DNA of 64,000 nt from Candidatus Rokuibacteriota bacterium (GTDB lineage Bacteria > Methylomirabilota > Methylomirabilia > Rokubacteriales > CSP1-6). Where the stretch lies: NCBI GenBank assembly GCA_003221635.1, contig QHSR01000260.1, positions 13,809 to 77,808 of the forward strand. The letters run 5' to 3'. Below the pieces are notes generated by a model. That model ran no database searches. It was not told the origin of the DNA and worked only from the letters and a program-made list of their open reading frames with translations. Numbering within the stretch: the first letter of the stretch is position 1; every line of letters starts with the position of its first letter. A program made the translations under genes and the position numbers. Below are positions 18,915 to 28,355 of this stretch, one piece after another.

Positions 18915-20086
18915 AGCAGATCACCCTGCTCGGTGCGACGGGATCCATCGGCCTGCGCACGCTGGATCTCGTGTCGAGCTTTCCCGAGGAGTTCGTGGTG
19001 GCGGGCCTGGCGGCCCGCGGGTCGAACGTCGATCGAGTCGCGGACCTATGCAGGAAATACTCACCGCGCGCCGTAGCGCTGCTGGATGTGGAGGCTCGCG
19101 ACCGACTGGCGCGACTCCTTCCGGCGCCGCGGCCCGAGCTTCTCGCCGGTCCCGAGGGGCTCGTGACGCTCGCCCGAGACGTGAAGGCCGACATCGTCGT
19201 CTCGGCTCTCGTGGGCGGCGCCGGGCTACTCCCGACCATGGCGGCGATCCAGGCGGGCCGGACAGTCGCGCTCGCCAACAAAGAGACGCTCGTGATGGCC
19301 GGCCGTCTGATGACGGCGGCCGCCCGGGCGCGCGGTGTGAAGCTCCTGCCGGTCGACTCCGAGCACAGCGCCGTCTTCCAGTGCCTCGCCGGCCACAGCC
19401 GAGCCGACGTCCATCGGGTCCTCCTCACGGCGTCCGGCGGCCCCTTCCGCGAGACGCCGAAGGCCCGGCTCGCGACCGTCACCGTGGAGGACGCGCTGCA
19501 GCATCCGACGTGGAAGATGGGGGCCAAGATCACGATCGACTCGGCAACGCTGATGAACAAAGGGCTCGAGATCATCGAGGCGCGATGGCTCTTCGATCTG
19601 GCGCCGGATCAGGTTCAGGTCGTTGTGCATCCACAGTCGATCGTGCACTCGATGGTCGAATACATCGACGGGGCCGTGATCGCCCAGCTCGGCGTGGCGG
19701 ACATGGGGGTGCCAATCCTCTACGCGCTGACCTATCCCGAGCGGCGGCCAACGCCGGCCGCACGACTCGACCTCGCGCGCATCGGCCAGCTGACGTTCTC
19801 CGAGCCCGACGTGGACAAGTTCCCGTGCTTGCGGCTGGCACGGGCCGCGCTCGAGGCCGGCGGCGCGGCGCCCGTGATCCTGAATGCGGCGAACGAGGTC
19901 GCGGTGGCCGCGTTCCTCGACCGGCGGATCGGGTTCACCGAGATCGCGGAGCTCATCCAGGAGGCGCTCGACCACGGGCGGGCCGGCGAGTTCGCGTCGA
20001 TCGAGGCATGCGTCGCCGTCGACGCCGAGACCCGCCAGGCCGTGCAGCGGTCGATCGATGTCCGCCGCGGAGGCCCTCGCGCGTGA
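18911..20086 (+). CDS. dxr: 1-deoxy-D-xylulose 5-phosphate reductoisomerase
   Basis: ATG 18911 overlaps the cdsA stop. ITLLGATGSIGLRTLD, LANKETLV and DSEHSAVFQC. Confidence 0.93.
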   Translation: MKQITLLGATGSIGLRTLDLVSSFPEEFVVAGLAARGSNVDRVADLCRKYSPRAVALLDVEARDRLARLLPAPRPELLAGPEGLVTLARDVKADIVVSALVGGAGLLPTMAAIQAGRTVALANKETLVMAGRLMTAAARARGVKLLPVDSEHSAVFQCLAGHSRADVHRVLLTASGGPFRETPKARLATVTVEDALQHPTWKMGAKITIDSATLMNKGLEIIEARWLFDLAPDQVQVVVHPQSIVHSMVEYIDGAVIAQLGVADMGVPILYALTYPERRPTPAARLDLARIGQLTFSEPDVDKFPCLRLARAALEAGGAAPVILNAANEVAVAAFLDRRIGFTEIAELIQEALDHGRAGEFASIEACVAVDAETRQAVQRSIDVRRGGPRA

Positions 20087-21447
20087 CCACCGTTCTCTCC
20101 TTCGTCGTCGTCATCGGCGTCCTCATCCTCGTCCACGAGTTCGGACATTTCTTCGTCGCCCGGTGGACGGGGGTCGGAGTCGAGCGGTTCTCGATCGGCT
20201 TTGGACCGGTGCTGCTACGGTGGCGTAGCAAGGAGACCGAGTACTGCCTCTCGGCGATCCCCATGGGCGGCTACGTGAAGATGGTGGGAGAGGAGAATCC
20301 CCTGGAAGGAGGCGGCGCCCTCGCCTTCGATCCCGACAAGGCGTTCGCACTGAAGCCCCTCTGGGCGCGCTTCCTGATCGTGTTCGCCGGGCCCGGGATG
20401 AACTTTGTCCTGGCCGCGCTGATCTTCAGCATCATCCTGGCGACTGTGGGGCGTCCGGTATGGCCGGCCGTCGTGGGGCGCGTCGCGAACGACGGCCCGG
20501 CGGTGGCCGCCGGTCTGCAGTCGGGCGACGTGGTGATCGCCGCCGACGGACGCCAGATCAAGTTCTGGGAGGATCTCGATCGTGTGGTCGCGGCTTCCCA
20601 GGGCCGTGCTCTCCGGCTGACGATCACTCGGGACGGGGTGGAGCGCGAGATCCAGGTCGCGCCCCGGCGAATCACCATCCGTGACCCGATCTTCAAGGAA
20701 CAACGGGAGGTGTGGGATCTCGGGGCGGGGCCGCAGCTCACGCCCCAGATCGGGACAGTCACTCCGGACTCTCCAGCGGAGCGAGGTGGTCTAGGGGCTG
20801 GCGACGCCGTCGCCGCGGTCGCGGGACAGCCGGTGTTTACGCCCGAGGAGCTCATGCAGGCGATCCAGAAGCGCGGCGGCCAGACGTTCGACATTGTGGT
20901 CCAGCGTGACGGCAAGCCGGTCACCGTGAAGGTGACGGCGACGACCGTGAAGGAGAAGAACCCCGCCGGCCAAGACGTCGAGATCGGACGCATCGGCGTC
21001 GGCATCGTCACCAAGGTGGTTCACTACGAGACCTACAACCCGGTCCTCGCCGTCGGCTACGGCACTGTGAGGACCTGGGAGATGACGGTGCTCACGGCCA
21101 AGGGGCTCTGGAAGCTCGTGACGCTCGAGCTGCCGCTCTCGAACCTGGGCGGCCCGATTCAGATCGCGGCGGAAGGCGAACGTCAGCGTCGGGAGGGGCT
21201 TCCCTCGCTCGCGCTCTTCACGGCGGTCATCAGCGTGAACCTCGCCGTCCTCAACTTGCTGCCGGTGCCGATGCTGGACGGCGGACACCTCCTGTTCTTC
21301 GTCATCGAGGGCGTCCTGGGTCGCCCCGTCTCGCTCAAGAAGCGCGAGGCGGCCCAGCAGCTCGGGCTCGTTCTTCTGCTGCTCCTGATGGTGTTCGCGA
21401 TTTACAATGACCTCGTCCGGATCGATGCCTTCAAGATCTTCAGATAG
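20083..21447 (+). CDS. rseP: RIP zinc metalloprotease RseP
   Basis: GTG 20083 overlaps the dxr stop. HEFGHFFVAR (HExxH), PDZ-type repeats and NLLPVPMLDGGH. Confidence 0.9.
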   Translation: MTTVLSFVVVIGVLILVHEFGHFFVARWTGVGVERFSIGFGPVLLRWRSKETEYCLSAIPMGGYVKMVGEENPLEGGGALAFDPDKAFALKPLWARFLIVFAGPGMNFVLAALIFSIILATVGRPVWPAVVGRVANDGPAVAAGLQSGDVVIAADGRQIKFWEDLDRVVAASQGRALRLTITRDGVEREIQVAPRRITIRDPIFKEQREVWDLGAGPQLTPQIGTVTPDSPAERGGLGAGDAVAAVAGQPVFTPEELMQAIQKRGGQTFDIVVQRDGKPVTVKVTATTVKEKNPAGQDVEIGRIGVGIVTKVVHYETYNPVLAVGYGTVRTWEMTVLTAKGLWKLVTLELPLSNLGGPIQIAAEGERQRREGLPSLALFTAVISVNLAVLNLLPVPMLDGGHLLFFVIEGVLGRPVSLKKREAAQQLGLVLLLLLMVFAIYNDLVRIDAFKIFR

Positions 21448-21456
21448 GACGGCGCA

Positions 21457-22554
21457 ATGATCGCACGGCGGAAGACGCGGCAGATCGAGGTCGGCCGGAT
21501 CAAGATCGGCGGGGGTGCGCCCATCACCGTGCAATCGATGACCAAGACCGATACGCGCGACGTGCAGGCGACGCTGCTGGAGATCTGGTCGCTCGAGGCG
21601 GCCGGCTGCGACATCGTCCGCTGCGCCGTCCCGGTCCGGGAAGCCGCCGAGAAGCTCGGCGAGATCAAGCGCCAGATCCGGATCCCGCTGGTGGCGGACA
21701 TTCACTTCAACTACAAGCTGGCGCTCATCGCGCTCGAGCAAGGGGTGGACGGGCTCCGACTGAATCCCGGGAACATCGGCGGCAAGGGGTTCGTCCAGGA
21801 GGTCGTCAACGTCGCCAAGGAAAAGCGGATCCCGATCCGCATCGGGGTCAACGGAGGGTCGCTCGAGAAGGATCTCCTCGCGAAGTATGGTGGACCCAGC
21901 GCCGAGGGGATGGTCGAGTCGGCGCTCCGTCACATCCAGATCCTCGAGGATTTGAACTATCCGGAGATGAAGATCTCGCTGAAGGCTTCCGATCCCCTGA
22001 TGATGATCGAGGCCTACCGGATGCTCGCCGACCAGGTCGACTACGCGTTCCACCTCGGCGTCACCGAAGCCGGCACACCGGGTGTCGGCACGATCAAGTC
22101 AGCGATCGGGCTCGGCGCGCTCCTCTCGGAAGGGATCGGCGACACGATCCGTGTCTCCCTCTCGGCGGATCCCACCGAAGAAGTCCGCGTGGGGATCGAC
22201 ATTCTCAAATCGCTCGGGCTCCGGAAGGGCGGCCTGACGTTCGTGTCGTGCCCCTCGTGCGGGCGCGCCGACGTCGACCTGGTGAAGCTCGCGAAAGAGG
22301 TCGAGGACGAGTTCAAGGGGCTGAACGAGGAGATCCACATCGCGGTGATGGGATGCGAAGTGAACGGTCCCGGCGAGGCGCGCGCGGCGGATATCGGTGT
22401 CGCCGGAGGTCGGGGGATCGGGCTCATCTTCAAGAACGGTGACGTGATTCGCAAGGTGCCGGAGAAGGAGATCGTCCAGGCGATGCGCGAGGAAGTCGAC
22501 AAGTTCATCGCCGAGCGCAAGGCCGCGAAGACGGCGGCCGTGGAGGCCGAGTGA
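21457..22554 (+). CDS. ispG: 4-hydroxy-3-methylbut-2-en-1-yl diphosphate synthase
   Basis: 365 aa. VQSMTKTDTRDV, VADIHFNYKLA, SCPSCGR and MGCEVNGPGEA cluster ligands. Confidence 0.93.
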   Translation: MIARRKTRQIEVGRIKIGGGAPITVQSMTKTDTRDVQATLLEIWSLEAAGCDIVRCAVPVREAAEKLGEIKRQIRIPLVADIHFNYKLALIALEQGVDGLRLNPGNIGGKGFVQEVVNVAKEKRIPIRIGVNGGSLEKDLLAKYGGPSAEGMVESALRHIQILEDLNYPEMKISLKASDPLMMIEAYRMLADQVDYAFHLGVTEAGTPGVGTIKSAIGLGALLSEGIGDTIRVSLSADPTEEVRVGIDILKSLGLRKGGLTFVSCPSCGRADVDLVKLAKEVEDEFKGLNEEIHIAVMGCEVNGPGEARAADIGVAGGRGIGLIFKNGDVIRKVPEKEIVQAMREEVDKFIAERKAAKTAAVEAE

Positions 22555-22886
22555 TGGGACAGTACAACACCCACGTTTTCGTGTGCACGTCGGGCGACTC
22601 GTGTCCGACCCAGGGCAACGTCGAGCAATTCGTGAAGTATCTCCGGGACGAGGCCACCAAGGCTGGTCTCAAGACCGACGTCAGGGTCAACAAGGCGGGC
22701 TGCTTCTCTCAGTGCGGCCACGGTCCGATGATGGTGGTCTACCCGGACAACGTCTGGTACGGTGGCGTGCAGGAGGCGGACTTGAAGGAGATCTTCGAGT
22801 CCCACATCAGAGACGGTAAGCCCGTCGCCCGCCTGATCTACGATCCCGGGGTCAAGGGAGCCAACAAGAAGCCGGGCTACAAGTAA
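22554..22886 (+). CDS. thioredoxin-like [2Fe-2S] ferredoxin
   Basis: ATG 22554 shares its A with the ispG TGA (GTGATG; GTG 22551 is also possible). Cysteine pattern VCTSGDSC..GCFSQCGHGP. Confidence 0.8.
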   Translation: MGQYNTHVFVCTSGDSCPTQGNVEQFVKYLRDEATKAGLKTDVRVNKAGCFSQCGHGPMMVVYPDNVWYGGVQEADLKEIFESHIRDGKPVARLIYDPGVKGANKKPGYK

Positions 22887-22941
22887 CCGCGCCTCCACAC
22901 CGGGGGCGCGCTTCGTGGTGCAAGAATTGCGCGCCTGAGTC

Positions 22942-22970
22942 TTGCCTCCGCTCGGAACCCGTGCTAAAGT
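22942..22970 (+). promoter_or_regulatory. putative sigma70-type promoter TTGCCT-17-TAAAGT upstream of rimP
   Basis: -35 at 22942-22947, a 17-nt spacer, and -10 at 22965-22970. Confidence 0.45.
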
Positions 22971-22975
22971 CCTGA

Positions 22976-23001
22976 AAAAGTGGGCGTTGCCCGCTTTTTT
23001 T
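22976..23001 (+). terminator. canonical intrinsic-terminator-like hairpin with a U-run. It is either the terminator of ispG-fdx or a leader attenuator of rimP-nusA-infB
   Basis: AAAAGTGGGC gtt GCCCGCTTTT followed by TTT: 10-bp stem (one G.U) and 3-nt loop. Confidence 0.5.
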
Positions 23002-23031
23002 AGTTTTGTGGTCCGGCAGGGATGGACGTGT

Positions 23032-23499
23032 ATGGACGAAGCGGAAAGGATCACCCAGATCGAAGAGGCGCTCACACCGGTGGTGGCAGACCATGGGCTG
23101 CACCTCGTGGACCTCGAGTGGCGCGCACTGCGGCCGCGAGGGCTGCTGCGCCTTTATGTCGACAAGGCGGGCGGCGTGGGGATCGGCGAGTGCGAACGAC
23201 TGAGCCGGGAGATCGGTGACGTGCTCGATGCGGCCGCCTTGATCGAGGGAGGCTATGATCTCGAGGTTTCGTCGCCGGGGCTCGACCGGCAGCTGCGGAA
23301 GGAGCGGGAATACCGCTGGGCGGTCGGCAGGCAGGTCCGGTGCTGGCTTGCGGGCGGTGCCGAGGTACGCGGTCGGCTGACGGCGGTGACCGCCGAGCAG
23401 CTGGTCCTCGACCGCGGAGGCGAGCGGGTCGAGCTTGGACGAGCCGACGTCACGAAGGCGCGGCTGGAGGCGGAGGTCCCCTGGCCCCGCAAGGCGTAG
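23032..23499 (+). CDS. rimP: ribosome maturation factor RimP
   Basis: ATG 23032. 155 aa. YDLEVSSPGLDRQLRKEREY motif and position upstream of nusA. Confidence 0.85.
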   Translation: MDEAERITQIEEALTPVVADHGLHLVDLEWRALRPRGLLRLYVDKAGGVGIGECERLSREIGDVLDAAALIEGGYDLEVSSPGLDRQLRKEREYRWAVGRQVRCWLAGGAEVRGRLTAVTAEQLVLDRGGERVELGRADVTKARLEAEVPWPRKA

Positions 23500-23523
23500 A
23501 ATCTCAGGCAGATTGCGGATCTC

Positions 23524-24864
23524 ATGAACCGAGAGCTGATCAGCGTCATCGAGCAGATCGGACGGGAGAAGGGGATCGACAAGGAGATCCTCTTCGAGGC
23601 GGTGGAGTCTGCCCTCCAGTCGGCGTGCCGGAAGTCGCACTCCAGCATCGACAACATTCGGATCGAGATCGACCGGAAGACGGGCGAGTTCTGCGCGTAC
23701 TTGCGCAAACGGGTCGTCGATGAGGTCACCGATCCGGAGGCGGAGATCAGCCTTGCGGAGGCCAAGAAACTGAACACCGAGGCCGAGCTGGACGGGGAGC
23801 GCGAGATCAAGCAGGAGCGCCCACCTCAGGATCTGGGCCGAATCGCAGCGCAGACCGCCAAGCAGGTCATCCTCCAGAAGGTGCGGGACGCCGAGCGCGA
23901 GGGGATCTACTCGGAGTTCGCCGGCAAGGAAGGCCAAATTCTCCGAGGCATCGTCCATCGCATCGAGAAGCGCAACGTGATCCTCGAGATCGGCAAGGCG
24001 GAGGCTATCCTGCCGGAGCGCGAGCAGATCCCGGGCGAGCGCTACAATCCGGGTGACCGGATCCGTGCGTTCGTCCTCGAGGTGCGGCGCACCGCCAAGG
24101 GTCCGCAAATCTCGCTCTCGCGTACGCATCCCGGCTACCTGGCGCGACTCTTCCAGACCGAGATTCCCGAGATCCAGGAAGGAATCGTCCTCGTGAAGGC
24201 GACGGCACGAGAGGCGGGGGAGCGCGCGAAGGTCGCGGTCGCGTCGACGAAGCGCGACGTCGACCCGATCGGCGCCTGTGTCGGCCTGCGCGGCACGCGC
24301 ATCCAGGTCATCAGTCGCGAGTTGCGCGGCGAGAAGATCGACATCATCGAGTGGTCGCACGATCCCGCGACCTTCGTGGCGCGGGCACTGTCGCCGGCCA
24401 AGGTCTCGTCGGTGGTGATCAACGAGGTTGCGGACGGCGAGGGTCAGCCGTCGGCCGTGGTGATCGTGCCGGACAATCAGCTGTCCCTGGCCATCGGCAA
24501 GAAAGGTCAGAACGCGCGGCTGGCCGCGAAATTGACGGGCATGCGCATCGACATCAAGAGCGAGTCCGAGGTCGAGACGGAGCGCTCTCCGGCCGAAGCG
24601 CCGCTCGCCGAGGATCGCGCCGCGCTGGCGGCGCTGCCCGGGGTTGGCCCGGAGCTCGTCGACGCCCTGGTGGCCGCGGGGCTCGGCTCGCCTGCGGCGA
24701 TCGTCAAAGCTGGACGCGAGAAGCTGGCTCTGGTCGCCGGAGTCGGTGACCGAATGGACGCGATCTACTCGGATGCGGAAAAGCATGTGGCGTCGCAGAG
24801 CGCCATCGTGGGGGATCACCTCAGCCAGCCGGAGGCCCCCGAGGAGACCTCGACGCCCGCATGA
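23524..24864 (+). CDS. nusA: transcription termination/antitermination factor NusA
   Basis: 446 aa. N-terminal domain, S1 and two KH regions (DPIGACVGLRGTRIQ, LAIGKKGQNARLA). Confidence 0.95.
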   Translation: MNRELISVIEQIGREKGIDKEILFEAVESALQSACRKSHSSIDNIRIEIDRKTGEFCAYLRKRVVDEVTDPEAEISLAEAKKLNTEAELDGEREIKQERPPQDLGRIAAQTAKQVILQKVRDAEREGIYSEFAGKEGQILRGIVHRIEKRNVILEIGKAEAILPEREQIPGERYNPGDRIRAFVLEVRRTAKGPQISLSRTHPGYLARLFQTEIPEIQEGIVLVKATAREAGERAKVAVASTKRDVDPIGACVGLRGTRIQVISRELRGEKIDIIEWSHDPATFVARALSPAKVSSVVINEVADGEGQPSAVVIVPDNQLSLAIGKKGQNARLAAKLTGMRIDIKSESEVETERSPAEAPLAEDRAALAALPGVGPELVDALVAAGLGSPAAIVKAGREKLALVAGVGDRMDAIYSDAEKHVASQSAIVGDHLSQPEAPEETSTPA

Positions 24865-25199
24865 GGACGGGACCCAACCGAACGTGTCTCGGGTGCCGCC
24901 GGGCCCGCCCGAAGGGATGGCTGGTGCGTTTGGTGCGGCTAGGGAGTGGAATAGTCGTGGTGGATCCGAGCGCGGCGGCCGCGGGGCGTGGCGCGTACGT
25001 GTGTCCCGAAGCCGCGTGTGTGGAGCACGCGTTGAGCCGCGGTCGGCTCGCCCACGCCTTCAAGAAGCCCTGTGCGCCGAGTCCGGACCTGGCGGCGGAG
25101 GTGCAAGCCGCCGGCGATCGCGGGGCCGGGGCCCCCGCGGGCGAGGCCTCTTCCGGGTGCGATATGTTCGAGACCGGCGCGATGGCAGTGAGAGCGTGA
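24861..25199 (+). CDS. ylxR: YlxR/DUF448 family RNA-binding protein
   Basis: 4-nt overlap with nusA. RTCLGCRRARPKGWLVRLV..GRGAYVC motif. Canonical nusA-ylxR-infB position. Confidence 0.8.
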   Translation: MRTGPNRTCLGCRRARPKGWLVRLVRLGSGIVVVDPSAAAAGRGAYVCPEAACVEHALSRGRLAHAFKKPCAPSPDLAAEVQAAGDRGAGAPAGEASSGCDMFETGAMAVRA

Positions 25200-25215
25200 G
25201 GAAGGTGAGGGGACT

Positions 25216-27744
25216 GTGCCAGCGGCAAAGATAAAGGTCATCGAGCTTGCCAAAGAACTCGGCGTGACGAGCAAAGATCTGATGGTCGCGGCCGAGGAGA
25301 TGGGTCACAAGGGCGTTCGCGCGATGAGTCCCGTCGACAGCACACTCGCGAATGCGCTGCGGGTGAAGCTCGGTAAGGGTCGCGAGCTGCCCGAGGCGCC
25401 GAAGCCGAAGCGCGTGGCGAGGCCGAAGGAGCTCGGGGACGCCACGGCGGCGGAGGCGGCACCGAAGAAGCCGGGGCGCGCGAAGAAGGTCAAAACCGAT
25501 GAGGGGGAGACGCCCGCGGAGATCAAGCCCGCGGCGACGATCGTGAAGCCCAAACCGGCCGTGCCGGCGCCGGACGTTGTCCCCGAACCGGCGTTCGTCC
25601 CGGTCCCTGAGCCGGAGATCCTTGCGGAACCGACCGTCGTCGCGGCGCCGCCGCCGCCACCCGAGTTGCCTGCCGTGATGAAGCCGGCCGCGACCGTGAC
25701 GCCACTAGCGCCGGGGACGAAGAAGCCGGAGCCGAAGATCGTTCCGTTCCGTCCCATCGAGCGTCCCGCGCCCGGGCCGCGCCCCTCGCGCCAGCCGGCG
25801 GGCCCGTTCGCGCCCCCGCGCGTCACGGTGTCGCCGGCCCGCCCGGCTGGCCCCACCCTACCGCCGAGGCCCGCTCCTATGCCAGTAGCTCCGGCGCTGG
25901 CCCGCCCGGCGGCGGTGACGGCCGCTCCCGCGGCTGTGGCACCGGCTGCCGTCGCCGCGACCGTCGTCGTCGAAGAGCCACCGACGCCGGTCGAGGTGAG
26001 ACGAGAGCTCATCCGCGTGCCCGAGTCGGTCACGGTTGGTGAGCTCGCCGAGAAGATGCGCCGGAAGTCGGGGGAAGTGATCAAGGCGCTCGTCGAGCTC
26101 GGCGTGATGGCCACGGTCAACGAGCTACTCGACCCCACGGCCGCGAAGCTCGTGGCCGACAAGTTCAATTTCGACGTCGAGATCCGTTCGGTGGAAGGCG
26201 ACGTCGTCGACGAGGAAGACCTCGATCCGAGTCAGCTCGCGCTGCGCCCGCCGGTGGTCACGGTCATGGGCCACGTCGACCACGGCAAGACGTCGCTGCT
26301 GGACGCCATCCGGAAATCGAAGGTCGCCGAAAAGGAGTTCGGCGGGATCACTCAGCACATCGGCGCCTATCAGGTCACGACTTCGCACGGCAAGGTGACC
26401 TTCCTGGACACGCCGGGCCACGAGGCCTTCACGGCGATACGGGCTCGCGGAGCCCAGGCGACGGACATCGTCATCCTGGTCGTCGCCGCGGACGATGGCG
26501 TCATGCCTCAGACGCAGGAGGCGATCAACCACGCGCGCGCCGCCAATGTGCCGATCATCGTCGCGGTGAACAAGGTCGACAAGCCAGAGGCCGACCCCGA
26601 CCGCGTGAAGCGCGAGCTGTCGAACCTGAATCTCGTGCCGGAAGAGTGGGGTGGCCAGACGATCTTCGTGCCGACCTCGGCAAAACGCGGCACCGGGATC
26701 GACCAGCTTCTGGAGATGACCGCGCTCCAGTCGGAGATCCTCGAGCTCAAGGCCAACGCGGGCCGCGCGGCCAAGGGCGTCATCATCGAGGGCCGGCTCG
26801 ATCGAGGCCGCGGACCGGTGGCCACCGCGCTGATCCAGAACGGCACCCTGAAGGAGGGCGATGCGGTCGTGGTGGGCTCGTACTCCGGACGCGTGCGCTC
26901 CCTGATCGACCCGTCCGGGAAGAAGGTCAAGACCGCCGGCCCCTCCGACCCTGTCGAGATCCAGGGGCTCTCGGGTGTGCCGGCCGCCGGCGACGTGCTG
27001 GTGGCGGTCTCGGACGAGCGCAAGGCGCGGCAGATCGCGACCATGCGACTCGAGCGTGAGAAGGCGAAGGGCAAGACCGCGACGCGCATCACCCTGGAGG
27101 GGCTGCAGAAGCAGATCCAGACGGGCGAGGTGAAGGAGCTGCGGCTCATTCTGAAAGCCGACGTCCAGGGCTCGGTCGAGGCGCTGGCGGAGTCGCTCGA
27201 GCGCCTGTCGACGGACGAGGTGAAGCTGAAGGTCATCCACAGCTCGGTCGGTATGATCACCGAGAGCGATGTCATGCTCGCCTCGGCGTCCAACGCGATC
27301 GTGCTGGGGTTCAACGTGAAGGCCGAGCCCAAAGCGGCGTCCCAGGCGCAGGCGAACGGTGTCGACCTGCGGAACTACAACGTCATCTACGAGGCGATCA
27401 ACGACCTCAAGGCTGCCCTCGCCGGGATGCTCGCGCCGGAGATTCGCGAGACGGCGCTCGGCCGGGCGCAAGTTCGTCAGATCTTCGTCATCTCGAAGCT
27501 CGGCCCCATCTGCGGCTCGTACGTCTCGGAGGGCAAGATCGTGCGCGCCGCCAGGGTGCGCGTGCGCCGGGGTGACGAAGTCTTCGGCCAGGGCACCGTC
27601 GGCTCCTTGAAGCGCTTCAAGGACGAGGTCCGAGAGGTGCTCGCCGGTCTCGAGTGCGGGATCGGCGTCGACGGCGTCAACGGGGTCCAGCCGGGGGACA
27701 TCCTGGAGGTCTACACCAGCGAGGAAGTGGCGCGCACGCTCTAG
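25216..27744 (+). CDS. infB: translation initiation factor IF-2
   Basis: 842 aa. Pro/Ala-rich N-terminal region and G-domain [29 protein letters not shown]. Confidence 0.95.
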   Translation: MPAAKIKVIELAKELGVTSKDLMVAAEEMGHKGVRAMSPVDSTLANALRVKLGKGRELPEAPKPKRVARPKELGDATAAEAAPKKPGRAKKVKTDEGETPAEIKPAATIVKPKPAVPAPDVVPEPAFVPVPEPEILAEPTVVAAPPPPPELPAVMKPAATVTPLAPGTKKPEPKIVPFRPIERPAPGPRPSRQPAGPFAPPRVTVSPARPAGPTLPPRPAPMPVAPALARPAAVTAAPAAVAPAAVAATVVVEEPPTPVEVRRELIRVPESVTVGELAEKMRRKSGEVIKALVELGVMATVNELLDPTAAKLVADKFNFDVEIRSVEGDVVDEEDLDPSQLALRPPVVTVMGHVDHGKTSLLDAIRKSKVAEKEFGGITQHIGAYQVTTSHGKVTFLDTPGHEAFTAIRARGAQATDIVILVVAADDGVMPQTQEAINHARAANVPIIVAVNKVDKPEADPDRVKRELSNLNLVPEEWGGQTIFVPTSAKRGTGIDQLLEMTALQSEILELKANAGRAAKGVIIEGRLDRGRGPVATALIQNGTLKEGDAVVVGSYSGRVRSLIDPSGKKVKTAGPSDPVEIQGLSGVPAAGDVLVAVSDERKARQIATMRLEREKAKGKTATRITLEGLQKQIQTGEVKELRLILKADVQGSVEALAESLERLSTDEVKLKVIHSSVGMITESDVMLASASNAIVLGFNVKAEPKAASQAQANGVDLRNYNVIYEAINDLKAALAGMLAPEIRETALGRAQVRQIFVISKLGPICGSYVSEGKIVRAARVRVRRGDEVFGQGTVGSLKRFKDEVREVLAGLECGIGVDGVNGVQPGDILEVYTSEEVARTL

Positions 27745-27767
27745 GAGCATCCGCGCTGGAGGGGGCT

Positions 27768-28058
27768 GTGTCGGCAGCGCGCGTCGCGCTGGGGTTGGTC
27801 GAGCTGCACCTGCCGGACGTGGGCTCGCTGAAGGACAAGCGCCACGTCCTGAAGGGTCTCAAGGAAAAGGTCCGGGCCCGCTTCGAGGTCTCCGTGGCCG
27901 AGGTCGACCATCAGGACTTGTGGCAGCGGGCGACGCTCGCTGTCGCCTATGTCTCCGCCGACGCGCGGCACGCCAACACGGTCATTTCGAAGGCGATGGA
28001 CTTCATTGAAGACAACGTCGCGGGACGGGTGCTCGACACGTCCGTGGAGATTCTCTGA
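27768..28058 (+). CDS. DUF503 family protein (YlxP-like)
   Basis: GTG 27768 after GGAGGGGG. LGLVELHLPDVGSLKDKRHVLKGLKEK. Typical infB-DUF503-rbfA context. Confidence 0.75.
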   Translation: MSAARVALGLVELHLPDVGSLKDKRHVLKGLKEKVRARFEVSVAEVDHQDLWQRATLAVAYVSADARHANTVISKAMDFIEDNVAGRVLDTSVEIL

Positions 28059-28355
28059 TGCAGGGCAAGCGGCTCGAAGGACCCGCGACTCGGCTTCGTG
28101 TCGGTGACCGAGGTCGAGACGTCCCGAGACCTGCGTACCGCGAAGGTCTTCGTGTCAGTGCTCGGCGACGAGGCGCAGTGGGCAGGATCGCTGGCAGCGC
28201 TCACCAGCGCCCGCGGTTTCATCCGCAACTGGCTCCGACAGCACCTCGACCTGCGCGTCACGCCCGAGCTGGACTTCCGACCCGACCGGTCGATGGAACA
28301 CGCGGCGCGCATCCAGGCCCTGCTTCGGCAGGTGGGCGGCGACGCCGGACGGTGA
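28058..28355 (+). pseudogene. rbfA: rbfA (ribosome-binding factor A) with the frame broken near 28073-28080
   Basis: ATG 28058 (TGATG coupling to DUF503) gives MQGKRLE in frame 2. KDPRLGFVSVTEVETSRDLRTAKVFVSV..TPELDFRPD runs in frame 0 to TGA 28355. About 18-20 conserved N-terminal residues are absent. 298 nt is not a multiple of 3. Confidence 0.8.

Noticed and set aside
19048-21447. 799-aa ORF; also 14404-15936, 35632-37599, 43150-45303 and 57767-59368 as long N-terminally extended ORFs
   Set aside because: In each case the N-terminal extension overlaps a well-supported upstream gene in another frame and is compositionally aberrant. The real starts (20083, 15331, 36862, 43810, 58469) are coupled to the upstream stop or preceded by an SD.
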